A stretch of DNA of 63,418 nucleotides, filler included, from Atractiella rhizophila (GCA_021432655.1; 6 parts of 6 records of this genome joined end to end with filler, not necessarily neighbours in it); one strand, 5' to 3'. Positions 26,612-39,866 are shown, counted from the first letter of the whole stretch. Made by a program: numbers and translations. Notes: generated by a model from the letters alone, not told the origin.

Positions 26612-27149
26612 ATGACTTCCTTGAGCAAAGGCTTCGCAACGTTCTCGTACACCTCGATCTGTTCGCTTTCAGGTCCAAAGACATGATCGAAATTCCATGT
26701 CTTGTTCGCATGTGGCGCGGCATATGTTGACGTTGAAGCAGCGTTGACAAGAGATGGGGAGACAGAAACAGTTGAGCCCTTTCCACCAGCCGTTGTAATA
26801 GCGATAGGTGAATTAGCGCTGATCTCATTGGGGGACCGGCCTCTGCACAACTCACTTACCAAGTCAACTTCGGATGCAAAGGAGAAGCGTACCGACACCT
26901 GATCACAACCTGAACTCTTGCCTCCTCCTCCTGTCTCTTCGCATTTGCGTTCAAGCCCGCAGTCGCAGAACTGGCACTTGAGGATATGGAGTTAAGTCTC
27001 CCAATCTTTTGTCTCCCCACTGGCAAGCCACTAGTAGACCGAATCCCACGTCCGTTTGCAAGTCTGGACTTTTCTTCAACCGATGGAGTACTTCTACCAC
27101 TCGTATTAGAGGTGTTCGAGGCCAATCTACTTGTTGGTCTTGAAGACAT
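26612..27149 (-). CDS. Kinesin-5 (BimC/Eg5 family) 5' part, copy A, runs off contig
   Basis: MSSRPTSRL...VQVVIRCR|GRSPNE...KTWNFDHVFGPESEQIEVY. Confidence 0.8.
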
Positions 27150-27607
27150 TTCGTTGTTAGTGCACGGTTCCGAGACGCGATCATGGTCCACAATAGTCAG
27201 GTGACTTGTCAACAATAATCTTCCACATACTGTCTCACTTCTGGTTGTGACGTGTTTTCCAAGGTGTTCAGTGCTCAACTGGTATCTCCCATGGAATATC
27301 TTTGCACTTGCTTTGATGTAACGGTGTCAGCTCATGGTTTGCTGGATAGATATCTAGCGCAAGGAATTTCTGGTCGCACGTGAGTACTAGCGCCTAACAC
27401 GGCAACACCGAAATACTAGTTCTACGTCCTAGAAGACTCCAAACAGACCGTCAATAAAGTACAACAGCTGGCCTGAACAGTGGCTTTCGCAGACGATCTG
27501 CATCAATTGAATCATATGGTATTGATATTTACGTCGTTCTCGTCGCTCAACTTCTTTCATATAAACAGCTGGTTAGGAAGCATAGTGCTTCCGCCCTAAC
27601 TCAAAAA

Positions 27608-28190
27608 TGTCGCTCCTTCTTGATTGCTATATCAAGCTTCTGTTCATGACTACAGCAATGTCCTCTTCGTGTTCCCCGAGGATGCAGTACACCCGAACAG
27701 CGAATTGATCGCTAATTCTGCTTTCCTCGTTAGTCGAAGCCCACCCAAGCTTCTCACCCTGTATGTGGACATCCACTCGATACTTAGACTCATTAGGTGG
27801 AGGATGGTGATAGTAATCGACGTGTCACAGTGCAATGGCCTCCGTCAACAAACTGTTGTATCTGTCAATTTTGCGACTTTTTCGCTCTTTCGCTTGCTTG
27901 ATTCGTTACATTTACACAGAGTAAGCGTCAGAGGCCGTCCAGTGATGCAACAAAGTAATCGTGATCACTAGCACGATCAATTTCGGTAGCATATTTTCCT
28001 ACGAAACGTTCAGAGACGATGATTTAACCCAGATTACTACCGAAGCCATCCGGCAAGCTTATGCCCTCTGGGATGCATCTGAGATTCAGTCAGCCTTCGA
28101 CCACAGCATAACTACTTGTGACCCAATAGAGGTATATCATTTGGCGCACAGTGAGCGGTTTGTCTACAACCAGCAAACTGAAAAAACCTG
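27608..28190 (+). pseudogene. BTB/POZ-like gene fragment, frameshifted
   Basis: Similar to 32828 gene ([20 protein letters not shown]); 7-nt deletion relative to the 30028 copy. Confidence 0.65.
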
Positions 28191-29559
28191 AAGCAACCAA
28201 TGCATTGATGACACGTCCAAGCGTAAGTAGAGACTGATTGATCATCCCGGCTTCTCGAGCCCGTACACCTTTATCCGCACCACTTCTCCCCACATTCTCA
28301 GAACCTGCCAAATCTACCAGGTTCAGCTTTCCGACTCGTAAAAGGTCCTCGCCTGTCGCTGATGACTCCTTCAGGTGGACTGTGATTGAGAAGACGGAAT
28401 GTGAGCGCCTGTACATTCATAATTTAGTTAGCTAGAGCAGAGATCCGGGCAGTAACACACGAGCTTTGTTCATTGCATTTCGTTGCAGCTTGCACGCGAA
28501 GCGATGATCCTCTCTGGAGCACCTTGATGCCTTCGGTGGCAGAAGAAATGAGTGTCTCCTCCAATCCGGTGATCACTACCCCGCCACCCTTTTTGGGGTC
28601 CTCAAATATCCTCAACGGCTCAAGTTTCCCTCGATCAGCATCTGTAACATTGAGATCTCGAAGTTCTTCGTTGTACAGTTCGACGAAGGAGACGCGAACA
28701 GTGTATTCTGAACGAATGGACTCGAGATTGTCAAATAAGTCATGCAGAGTGCGAGGGATGAGACCCGCGTCTGGAGGAACAGTGCTGAATACTGAGGAGG
28801 AAGAAGGGAACATGAAAGAGGCATCGGAAGCAGCTGCCAGGACGTCATCTGGGAGGATCCCTTCCATAGTATAGCTGCCCAAAATGTAAATATTCTGGGG
28901 ACGATGATGGCAGAACGTACGTCTTCCCTGTGCCAGTTTGGCCGTAGCAGAAGATTGTTCTATTCCTCGTTAACATGTCTGTCCTAGCTCGGAAAAGGAG
29001 ACTCACGCGTTGTATCCCATCATGACTTCCTTGAGCAAAGGCTTCGCAACGTTCTCGTACACCTCGATCTGTTCGCTTTCAGGTCCAAAGACATGATCGA
29101 AATTCCATGTCTTGTTCGCATGTGGCGCGGCATATGTTGACGTTGAAGCAGCGTTGACAAGAGATGGGGAGACAGAAACAGTTGAGCCCTTTCCACCAGC
29201 CGTTGTAATAGCGATAGGTGAATTAGCGCTGATCTCATTGGGGGACCGGCCTCTGCACAACTCACTTACCAAGTCAACTTCGGATGCAAAGGAGAAGCGT
29301 ACCGACACCTGATCACAACCTGAACTCTTGCCTCCTCCTCCTGTCTCTTCGCATTTGCGTTCAAGCCCGCAGTCGCAGAACTGGCACTTGAGGATATGGA
29401 GTTAAGTCTCCCAATCTTTTGTCTCCCCACTGGCAAGCCACTAGTAGACCGAATCCCACGTCCGTTTACAAGTCTGGACTTTTCTTCAACCGATGGAGTA
29501 CTTCTACCACTCGTATTAGAGGTGTTCGAGGCCAATCTACTTGTTGGTCTTGAAGACAT
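28191..29559 (-). pseudogene. Kinesin-5 copy B, truncated inside the motor domain
   Basis: [69 protein letters not shown], then abuts BTB fragment. Confidence 0.75.
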
Positions 29560-30027
29560 TTCGTTGTTGGTGCACGGTTCCGAGACGCGATCATGTCCAC
29601 AATAGTCAGGTGACTTGTCAACAATAATCTTCCACACACTTTCTCACTTCTGGTTGTGACGTGCTTTCCAAGGTGTTCAGTGCTCAACGGTGGTATCTCC
29701 CACGGAATATCTTTGCACTTGCTTTGATGCAACGGTGTCAGCTCATGGTTTGCTGGGTTAAAATGGATAGATATCTAGCGCAAGGAATTTCTGGTCGCAC
29801 GTGAGTACTAGCGCCTAACACGGCAACACCGAAATACTAGTTCTACCTCCTAGGAGACTCCAAACAGACCGTCAATAAAGTACAACAGCTGGCCTGAACA
29901 GTGGCTGTTGCAGACGATCTGCATCAATTGAATCATACCTTATTGATATTTACATCGTTCTCGTCGCTCGACTTCTTTCATATAAACAGCTGGTTAGGAA
30001 GCATAGTGCTTCCGCCCTAACTCGAAA

Positions 30028-31100
30028 ATGTCGCTCCTTCTTGATTGCTATATCAAGCTTCTGTTCAATAATCATGACTACAGCGATGTCCTCTTCGTGT
30101 TCCCCGAGGATGCAGTACACCCGAACAGCGAATTGATCGCTAATTCTGCTTTCCTCGTTAGTCGAAGCCCAAGCTTCTCACCCTGTATGTGGACATCCAC
30201 TCGATACTTAGACTCATTAGGTGGAGGATGGTGATAGTAATCGACGTGTCACAGTGTGCAGAGGATCCCAAGGGCCTCCGTCAACAAACTGTTGTATCTG
30301 TCAATTAGGGATGGCTGTCGTCCCGTTTGCGGCCGGCGCAGATTTGGACGGACGGAGTGATGTTCTTGTCGTCCTCGTCCCGTCCCGTCCCACCGGCCTC
30401 GAAAAGGGGGTTGGGCGACTTGAAGGACGGGACGGTCAAGGACGAAGGGACGGTTCAGGACGAGTGCAAATGATTATATTGATTGAGAGCCAGAATATGT
30501 AAATACCCTTGAAGATCCGATGTGCTCAACTTACTGTGTATTCCCCATGCCCAATGCCTTTTCCATCTCTCGCTAAGCAATTTCTTCTCAAGCTATTCCT
30601 CAGTGAAATTTGAGAAACATGAGGGCTCGAATAAATTCAAGATCTAAGGAACTCATGGAGTTTCCAATTGTATTTCGTGTTCCAGACCAAGAGTCGCTCA
30701 ACCGCACCATAGTCCCTATACTGGCATCACAAGCCATCCATAGCTGCCAAAAGATTACTTTCCTGGCATGCAAAGGATATCCTCTCGCCATTCCACGAGA
30801 GGTTGAGAAATTCGGAGTGCCATCAGAATATGAAGCGGATTGCAATTGGACTTCAGAATGTGCGCTCCCTTACGATGAGGCTGCGCGGATCGTCGCTGAA
30901 CTTGAAGTAAGAACAGGGACACCCTCGTCACAACAGCCAATCGAAGTCTGCTGCCACGTCCGAGTACTCTCGTCCCTGGAGATAATTTGGGAGATCCAGG
31001 CAGTCGCGAAGGAGAAAGGAGTTGAGAAAGGAGTTAAGAAGAAGGGAAGAGGAAATAAGACAAAGGTCTCGACATCATGCGTGACATATGCTGAATTCTT
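30028..31100 (+). pseudogene. BTB/POZ-like paralog, interrupted
   Basis: LFNNHDYSDVLFVFPED; broken at ~30306 by GC-rich insertion; Lys-rich tail resembles the 32828 gene. Confidence 0.5.
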
Positions 31101-31618
31101 TTACAGATGTGTCTACCTGCTGTCTCTCTTCTTCCAGTCTGCGCCAACCTCTCTCAACATCCTCCAATCTGCCTTTCAATGCTTCCAAATTGCCTTCAAT
31201 GAGTACTTCTACCACTCGTACCAGAGGGGTTATATGCCAATCTACTTGTTGCTCTAGAAGACATTTCGTCGTTTACTTGACACGACGCTTTTCTGTTGCA
31301 GTTAATCAGGTGACTTGTAAACAACCATCTCCCTCTACTTCTGAGGACCTGAGTTTCAACGTGTCTCTCACGTACTCCTCAGATAATTCAACACGGTGAC
31401 GGTAGTACCGCGGATGAGCTGGCACCTGTTCTGACGTAATGGATGGCAATTAGCAATGGGGCTAGAACAGAGAGCGTTTCCTTGTCTGCTGCAAGGTTTG
31501 TGTCTATCTACTATGCAAACGCAACAGGCACTCCTGCGAATGAAGGCCAGTGATTGAAGCGACACAAGGTCATATATTCCTGGTCAGACCCTGGATACAT
31601 GATCGTGGGTGTGAATGC

Positions 31619-32534
31619 TAAGGCATCCACACGGTTTTGACTATCACGAAGACCGTGCTCCCCGCCCGCGATCGTACCTCGTACGGGTGTCCCCACGGGG
31701 CAGCTGTCTCCCCGTGAGACGGTGCGAGTGACGGTCCGCACTTGTTAGCAAGACGACGACCGTGGTCAACCGTGGGATTGACAAGGTTACAAGTATATGG
31801 GGGGAGTTACGGTGCGGGAAGAGCCACGACCACGAGTTAGGAGGTAGCGAGGACTGGTGGTTCTTAAAGCATCATGTTATATAGTATGATCAATTTTTTT
31901 GCAGCATTGCTTGTCCATCCTTGCGCTCAAACATGTCCTCCTCTCGCACCCTGTCAACAGCCTGTCGCCCATTCAAATGATGTCGTAGACCTCACCGGCC
32001 AGACTGCCGTCGAAAAGCGGTCACATTCGCACTCTGACTCTGAGGATGATGAAAGTGGTATGATGCTGAGGCGGCTCGCTATGGTGCAGCATTTACCAGG
32101 AAGCTTCCAGAAGAGTATTGTTGGTTATTCTGTTTTTCAATGAAAGACGAGACTTTCTGCTCTTGGACCATGTTGAGATTGCATGAGCAGAGCATGGTCC
32201 CAGCTTGCTGGGCTTATAGGATATGGATGTTGAAGGCTGAGAAGGCAGGCAAGAGGGAAAGGCTAGAAGAAGCAGAAGACAATGAGAAGGAAGTGATATC
32301 CTATGAGACTTCAGAGAACATAAAAAAAGTCATTTATTTTAACGACGTCTACTAGTGCCGAGCAGCAGCAATTACAGCTACGTTTACGCAACTTTGTCAC
32401 CTTGATACTCCTCCCCGTGGGCCGCCTCCTCGTACGGTTCCTCGGGGTACGGTCCGTCGAAGGAGACGAGGACGGAGAGCGGTCTGACTGGGACGCAAAA
32501 CGCACGGTTACCCCCGGACCGTGTCGATGCCTTA
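31619..32534. mobile_element. Non-autonomous DNA transposon, hAT-like
   Basis: 17-bp TIR TAAGGCATC(C/G)ACACGGT with 1 mismatch; many subterminal ACGG/CCGT motifs. Confidence 0.6.
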
Positions 32535-32827
32535 GTGCCACTGAATGCTGAGTACTTAAGGCCTGAATACTGAGTCCTGTCTACTGAGTCCTGTCTAATG
32601 AGTGCTAAGCATCAATTCTACATCATAAACTTCTATTTCCTATACTATCTTCGGCATAGTCTATGCGCCTACGCCCTTGTGCTAGCTCTGACAGCACATT
32701 CGAAGTTTTGCGTCGTTTGTGTTGGTGGCTCCGGCTAACCTGCCGTCTTGCCCTGAAGTGTGAAGCCAGTATAAAACTGCTCCGAGCATAGATGTATCGC
32801 GCTGGATAGTGACCCAGGTCGTTTAGT

Positions 32828-34084
32828 ATGCAGTCGCCAATTCCTTCATTGCCCGCAGGGGAAATACCAAGCCTATTGCAGAGCTACTTCAAGACATTTT
32901 TCAACAATCCACTGCACAGCGACATTGTGTTCATCTTTCCAAACGACTTAGTGAGGAGCGATGAGCAAACTTATGCCTCGAAGGCTTTCTTGAGCGACAG
33001 GTGTCCCCGATTTTTTGAGACCTGTGAGCTGACGATCCACCATTATCAAACACATAACCAATGATGCTTTAGTTTCTTTGGATACGCTTACACACTCATT
33101 CGAGAACCACAGGCCACTGGCAGTCAATTACGCGTCGCAGAGATCATTTTTTTGTGTCCTCAGATATCTTTATACCGAGTAAGAAGAGCACTTCAAATCT
33201 TCCAGACACAGTATCAGAGGTTGATTTCAATAAGGGCAGTCGAATTTGGCGACATTTTCTCTCACGCCGTCGTGTATTCTCTCGATGAAATACCGAAACC
33301 TGTAACCTCTGAGCACTTCGTGGACTCGTACAAGCAATGGGATGAGACACTAGAGGTTACTGGCGAACGAAACATCTGTGATCCAGTGGAAATGTATCAC
33401 CTTGCCAACAGTGCGTTTGGGCCAGTTGTTGTTGGTTGCTGATCAAGGCACAGAGCTTGGGTTGGTGACATTGGAGGAAGCAGCATTGAGGGCAATTTCG
33501 CATTGCCTGCGTCCAGAAGCCGCTTTCGACGTACTCTTTAGCCCGCCATCAATTTTGCATAAGGAGTTGAGGTCGGAGATTGTGAAGTACATCATGCTCA
33601 ATTGGGTACGCATAATTCATCTGGAAGGTTGATCATGACAGTAACAGAATTGCAGCGAGACGTCGTGCAAAGCCCTGCATATCTTTACAAGGAACTCCAC
33701 ACTCTGCCTTATTTAACAAGGTATCACTCAGTCATTCCGAACGACTACTCGATATCGTCGTCCCAACAGCACGCAGCTGTCATCGAGATAAATGTTCTCT
33801 TGGCCCACAACCTTTTGCCCAATTGGATATCCCCGGAAAGTCGCCAAGTGAACACAGAAGATAACATGCCAGCTGCTAAGAGTGTGATTCCAAATGCCAT
33901 TGTTGGTGAAGCTTTTAGTAAAGCTGGAGTCGAGCATGCGGGCCAACTTGAACGTTGTCAAACGCCTGCATGTTCATATAGCTTCTGCGAGTCTGCTGCA
34001 GAGCTACCGATTCAGGAAAAGCTTGAAGCCGTGGATGAGCCATGGGTTGATCGAAAGAAGAAAGTGTCAAAGAAGAAGAAGTAG
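32828..34084 (+). CDS. BTB/POZ-like domain protein
   Basis: FNNPLHSDIVFIFP...YASKAFLSDRCPRFF, CDPVEMYHLAN, L.EAALRAI, EIVKYIMLNW; multi-exon. Confidence 0.65.
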
Positions 34085-34127
34085 GTGAAATCTTGTGTAG
34101 TTGTATCCTAAATTGGTCAAAATGTGC

Positions 34128-35676
34128 CTACCTGCCATCTCTACGCTTCCTACTCTCCACCAATCTTCTCCCAACATCCTCCACTCTGCCTTCCAATGCT
34201 TCCAAATTGCCTTTAATCCGCTCTTCATTCTCGCGTAAACTTCCCTCCAACACACCCAAAACCTCCCTAACGCCCTTCTCACTCTCACCTAATCTTTCGG
34301 CTTCTTCCTTCAAGCTACCCACCATTTGAGAGAACGCTGAAGCGCTTTGATGCAAAGTCGCCAGCGAGCGTAAACGAGTGAGGAGACGGGGAACAAGGGG
34401 AAGAAGAGGTTCCAGGCGAGGTTGCAGCGCAAAGAGCGTATCTATTTTGGCCAATGTGTCGGGAGGGATGTTGACCGCCGCTCCGTTCGTGTTTGGGTTC
34501 GTGGGCGGCGCGGCGCCTTCTCGGGCATCGCCAGAGGACACAACTGTTATTCCTGATGGTAGGGCAATGTTTATGGGCCGTGTATCTCCCAAACGCTTCC
34601 GAGATTCATGCAGGCGCTCTAAATCGGAGACGAGGACTTTGACACGGCGGGAGATCGAATCAAGATGGCGCGGTTGGGTGAGTAGCGTGAGGAGATGGTC
34701 GAGGCGGGCGAGGGTTGAGAGGAGTGGTGGAGGGAGTGGATGTGACTACAATATTTCATTACTCTATGCATCAGGAGTGGAATTCAGCGTACCTCGTCTA
34801 CCTCTGCTTCATTTGCCCCGATGAAACGTTCTAATTCTTGAAGCCTCTCCTCCAGCTTCCCGACATCCATCACTGGTACTTTGAGCTTCATATCCTTTCC
34901 GTGTTCTCCCTCTGCAATAACGCCATTCTCTTTCTTTGTCGGTGCATACAGCTGACTGAGCAGCTGTCGTCCAAGCAGCTGATGCTGTTTAGAGAGAGCT
35001 TCGTCGTCACCTTCCCCCGAGCCCTCAAATTTCTCCTCCATCCGATTCAAATTGCCTCTCATTCCCTTGATCTCCTTTAACAGTCGCTCAGCAGGTACCC
35101 CTTTCCCCTTCCGCCTCTTGACGCGCGCATTGACGACATCCCGGTCTTCCTCTTCTTCTGTAGTCGATTCTTCATCTGCTGCACTCTTCTGAGCCGCTTC
35201 TTCACGCTTCAAATCGATCTCTAGCTCCTCGAGCTCCAAACGAAGGCGTCTGAACTTATCAAAAGTCGTTTCTGGCTCCGCTTCATCCTCCTTCAAAGGG
35301 CTACGGCGAGAATCTCTTGAGGAAGAGTAACCGGGACGTGTGCGTGGATGGAGGGTGTACGTTGAGGTCGAAGGAAGTGGTGAAACATCTACGTTGCAAC
35401 ACAACCTTCAACCTGCAAGCAAAGCCATAACAGGAACAAGTGCGTACCTCTGTCATCAAAGAGCTTCCTTGAGCTCCTCACATCAATTTTTGTACGCTCG
35501 ATAGTTCCCTCAGTCCCGTTCTCTACATTTCTGGCTGCAGCTGGCGTGAAAGAAGGCTGGACCAGTTCGCTCTCTGAATCTGAATCCCTCGTACGTGCTT
35601 GCTCATCTGGGATATCTGCCGTCTCATAAATGTCCTGACCCAAGTCAATGTCTGGTAAAGACGCCCATTTGCTCAT
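34128..35676 (-). CDS. Dynactin subunit 2 (dynamitin/p50)
   Basis: MSKWASLPDIDLGQDIYETAD, ETTFDKFRRLRLELEEL, LPLVPRLLTRLRSLATLH, NLEALEGRV. Confidence 0.88.
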
Positions 35677-35840
35677 TCTGGTCAATGTTAACTTGCTGCT
35701 GTGGAGCCACATGACATGAACTTAGGTGCAGCCCAAACTGGGGCAATCAACTCGATCAAGATTCAACGAAGCGACGAATCGAATCAGAGAAATCAGCAGG
35801 CGTATCAGTTACTCGACTTGTACAAAATCAAAGAGCAGAA

Positions 35841-38798
35841 ATGTCAAGGCATAGACTTGTAAAGAATATTGTAGCGCATGGTCCGTTTCTCTTAACGTTT
35901 CTGGCATTCAAGCTGATGACCATCCAGCGATGGATGATTATGACGATTACGATGAGGAGCCAGAACCAGCGTCTGATATGGACCTGGCACAGCTAGAATC
36001 TTCCTACCTCTCAGTCTCCAATATGCTTCCTCAGGATAGGCTTGTCACGATGAAAGAGATCAAAGATCGGTTGTGGGACTCATACTTCGATGTGGAACGT
36101 ACGACGAACTGGGCATTGCAAGAAGAGAGCAAGAGGAGAGATAAATTGACTAAAAAAGGTTTGTGTTCCCCTTCTGAGCTTGAATGCGCAAGGTTCAGGG
36201 GCTTCTCTTCCTTCAAGACGACGATCACGAAGCAATGGGAGACGATCAGCCAATCTCTGCATTACAAGCTCTCTGCATTTCCAGACGGAAGGTTACGACC
36301 GCTACTTCGGGTAAACAAGTGAGCAAAGTAGCAGAAACACAAGGCACGATGGTGGATGCAAGTCCTGTTGGTGGGAAGAAGCTGTCTAAACTTCAACAGA
36401 AGATGCTTGCTTCGAAGAAGAAAGTGAACGTCGTCGACACTCTTCCGGCAGCATCTCTGGCCTCTGGCGTTCATATTGCTCTAGAAAAACCTGCCGAGGT
36501 TCCATTCCCACCGCTACCACCAGCTATGTTTCAGGTCTCTTCCCATGTTTACGCCTGTGGATCCTCCTTTGCGAGCACGATTAAACCTGGCTTCAACGTC
36601 TCTTCCATCCATCGTACCATTCCATCACTTGTTTCCTCTGTCCACCATGCTACATTCGAAGGCCCTAGTCCAGACGCTCGTATCCTCTCCGCTCGGAGCG
36701 GGACGAAGTTGTCTGTTGCTTCCAGGCACTAGGGAGGTCTAGTCCAACTCCCTCTCTTGTCGATTTGAAGGAAGAAGACTGGGTAGCTCTCGCATCTGAG
36801 GAAGGGAAGCCTTTGACTATTAACTTGTTTTGCTTTGGCACAGCTTCAGCTGCTGGTACTTTAACACCGAAATCGAAAGCGTCTCTTTCAAGGCAAGCGA
36901 CGGGTTCGGGGTCGAATACTCCAAGAAAGAATGAAACGCCAACCATGTCTAGGACAAATAGCGGGATTGTTGACGTATCCAAGATTAGGGAAGGAGTGGA
37001 AGGATTGAGCTTGAGTGAGCCAGTGACACCAACGAAGGCTCAGATCAGCAAAGAGAAAGTTTTGGATATTTTACGAGGCGAGGGGCAAAATGGGAAGAAA
37101 ATTTTGAGTTTAATAGTAGTTGGTTCGTCCACCTCCTCACTTTACTGTTTGAAATAAAGGTGTTCCCAGGACATGTTGATGCTGGAAAGAGTACCTTGTT
37201 GGGGAGAATACTGGCGGAGAGTGGGGAATTGAGTGAAAGGGAGAAGGAGCAGAACGCTCGCCAAAGCGAGAAGATGGGTAAAGGTAGCTTTCATTTGGCA
37301 TGGGCTTTGGACGCGGATAAGGAGGAAAGGGAACGGTCCGTATTCCTGTCGTCACCAACTTAGTGCTAAAACTGAAACAGTGGGGTCACCATCAACATCG
37401 CCTTATCTTCCTTTTCAACCCCTTCACGCACCTTTACCCTCATCGATGCTCCTGGACATGCCGATTTTGTCCCAAACATGATCTCTGGAGCGTCGCAAGC
37501 AGATGTGTCGGTCTTGGTTGTGGATGCTAGCACGGGGAGCTTCGAGAAAGGCTTTGAAGGAGGTGGGCAGACGAGAGAGCACGCCCAGCTTGTGAGAAGT
37601 TTGGGCGTAAAGGAGTGCATTGTCGCGGTAAACAAAATGGACACTGTGAGTACTATCTTCTCCTGGGATTGACTTTTGCTGACATTTGGGTCGGCAGGTT
37701 GGCTGGAGCCAGGAGCGCTTTGAGGAGATAAAGGACAAGCTGGAACCTTTTCTTATCGGATGCGGATACCAGAAAGACAAGCTAGATTTTATACCGGTAG
37801 ATGCTTTCACAGGAGAGAATGTCATGTCACGCTCAAAAGATACAGCGCCGTGGTACCAAGGATCGACGTTGGTGGACAATCTTGGTGAGTCTGGCGCTGA
37901 TCACAGTGCTTGATTGAGACTGAGGAAGAGAGTCAGACAAAATGACTGTTCCTCCTCGACCTTACGATGCACCACTTCGTCTTCCAGCTTCGAAGGGTGG
38001 GCAGGGATCAGCGAGCTCTGGAATCGGAGTCAGCGGCAGGGTCGAGAGCGGCATCCTCATCGTCGGTTCGAAGGTGAAGGTCATGCCAGCTGACGAACTG
38101 GCTGTCGTGCGCTGTGCGTCTTCCTCTGCAGACTTAAAAAGCTGGCTTCCTGATGATTGAGAAGCTATCGAGACGGACGGCGGCCTCGTTCAATGGGCAG
38201 CTGCTGGAACTAATGTATCCGCTTTTTTGAGCGGTATCGATCAAGTTTATTTGAGGTCAGTCATAAGTCTTCCTGGAAGCACACTTTGATCGGTCCGTGT
38301 GATGTGAAGCTCTGGATCCGTACTTTGTGAAGAGACGAACGTAATCCCACTAGCATCTACTTTTGAAGCTCAAATTGTTGTGTTCGATCTGAAGTACCCC
38401 CTCACTATTGGAGCTCAAGTAAGGCTCTATCTGCACTGTCCTACAGATGGGCTTATGGCGGAGTAGGTTGAGCTGTTCCATCATAGTCGAGACATTCCAG
38501 CGACTATCACGAAGCTCGAAGCGATTTTAGACCGCCAGACAGGTGCGGTAGTGAAGAAAAATCCAAGGTTGGTCGCTGCCCTCATCTACAAACAGATGGC
38601 TCAATTAAAAACAAGAAGGTAACCAAAAGAACCACAACAAAAGGGGGGGGCAAAGGAACGAACCAAGCCCCGGCCAAAAACCAAAAAAATTCAAAAACCC
38701 TGGAAACCGTCAACCGCAAAAAAAAGAAGGGGAGATTGCTGTTTAGACGCTCGGGGGAATCCGTCGCTGCCGGAATCGTGCTTAACATCCTTTCTTAG
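35841..38798 (+). CDS. HBS1: Hbs1 translational GTPase, with alternative Ski7-like isoform
   Basis: [57 protein letters not shown] 38796-38798. Confidence 0.9.
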
Positions 38799-39371
38799 AG
38801 TTTGTCTTGAGCTTGTTCAGCATGTATTAGAAGTAGTTTGGAAATTCGTCTCGGCCTGTCCCGCATATGTCATAGACCAGAATTAACACTGGTCATTATC
38901 CCTGAATCGCAGAAGCACACGATGAACTTCACAATTTGCCTGCTGTCAAGATACATTGGGCTTTGACCAAGATTTCGGGAGTGAAGTTAGGTTAAGAATA
39001 AGGAGAATAAGGTCAGCTGATACCACGTGGGCGACCCTTCGCGATACAAGCATAAACAATAAACAAAGACGCCCTTCAACGGCGAAGGAGCTTCTTCAAC
39101 AGCTCACCACCATCGACGAATGTTTCCCAGCCTCTCATGCGAATCACAAAGGCCTAACGTATTCACTCTCCCTACTCCTTGCCATACACACTCTCCGCCA
39201 TACCCTAACACCACCACCACGCCCATTTCGCATAGATCACTTGTTTACCCTTGTCCTTGTTCGCAGTACCCAAAAAAGTCCCCAGCCTGTGAGCCGTCCT
39301 TGTCCTTTACTCCTTCTCTTGACGCTTTAAAACAGCTATCGCAAGGGACTTATCGCTCCAGTCCAGCTACC

Positions 39372-39766
39372 ATGGATCGCTCAAGCGCAAGCCGCGCTTT
39401 TGACGATCTCATGGATTCCTTCGATGCTCAAGCATGTTATGATTCTACGAGTATCGATGGAATTTCGAATAATGCCAACGTCCAGCTCCAATCTCGGGAT
39501 CCGGACGCCATGATTATCGATATAGATCCTCCCTCTCTCCCTCCCCAATTAACACCACCTAGACCTCGCAGACCAAGAAGGATCGAATCGGAAGCGATGG
39601 ATATCGATTTCACTCGTCCTTCACTCTTGTTTCCTTCCCATCTCCCTTTCACAGCTCCAGCCCTTGTCCGGCCGCGTCAGGTCGATTCTGAAGATATGCA
39701 AATCGATCAGGAACCACAGGCTTCAACATCCGCCGTCACAATTCCATCTCCTCCTCCTCAGGCTCG
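39372..39766 (+). CDS. Hypothetical Pro-rich protein, 3'-partial
   Basis: Open to spacer; repeated M(I/D/Q)ID motif. Confidence 0.45.
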
Positions 39767-39866
39767 NNNNNNNNNNNNNNNNNNNNNNNNNNNNNNNNNN
39801 NNNNNNNNNNTTAATTAATTAANNNNNNNNNNNNNNNNNNNNNNNNNNNNNNNNNNNNNNNNNNNN
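39767..39866. other. Artificial contig-join spacer
   Basis: N44-TTAATTAATTAA-N44. Confidence 0.98.

Noticed and set aside
23368..35676. Apparent microtubule gene cluster (NUM1, kinesin-5, dynamitin)
   Set aside because: NUM1 is separated by an artificial spacer; only kinesin-5 and dynamitin are linked, which chance can explain
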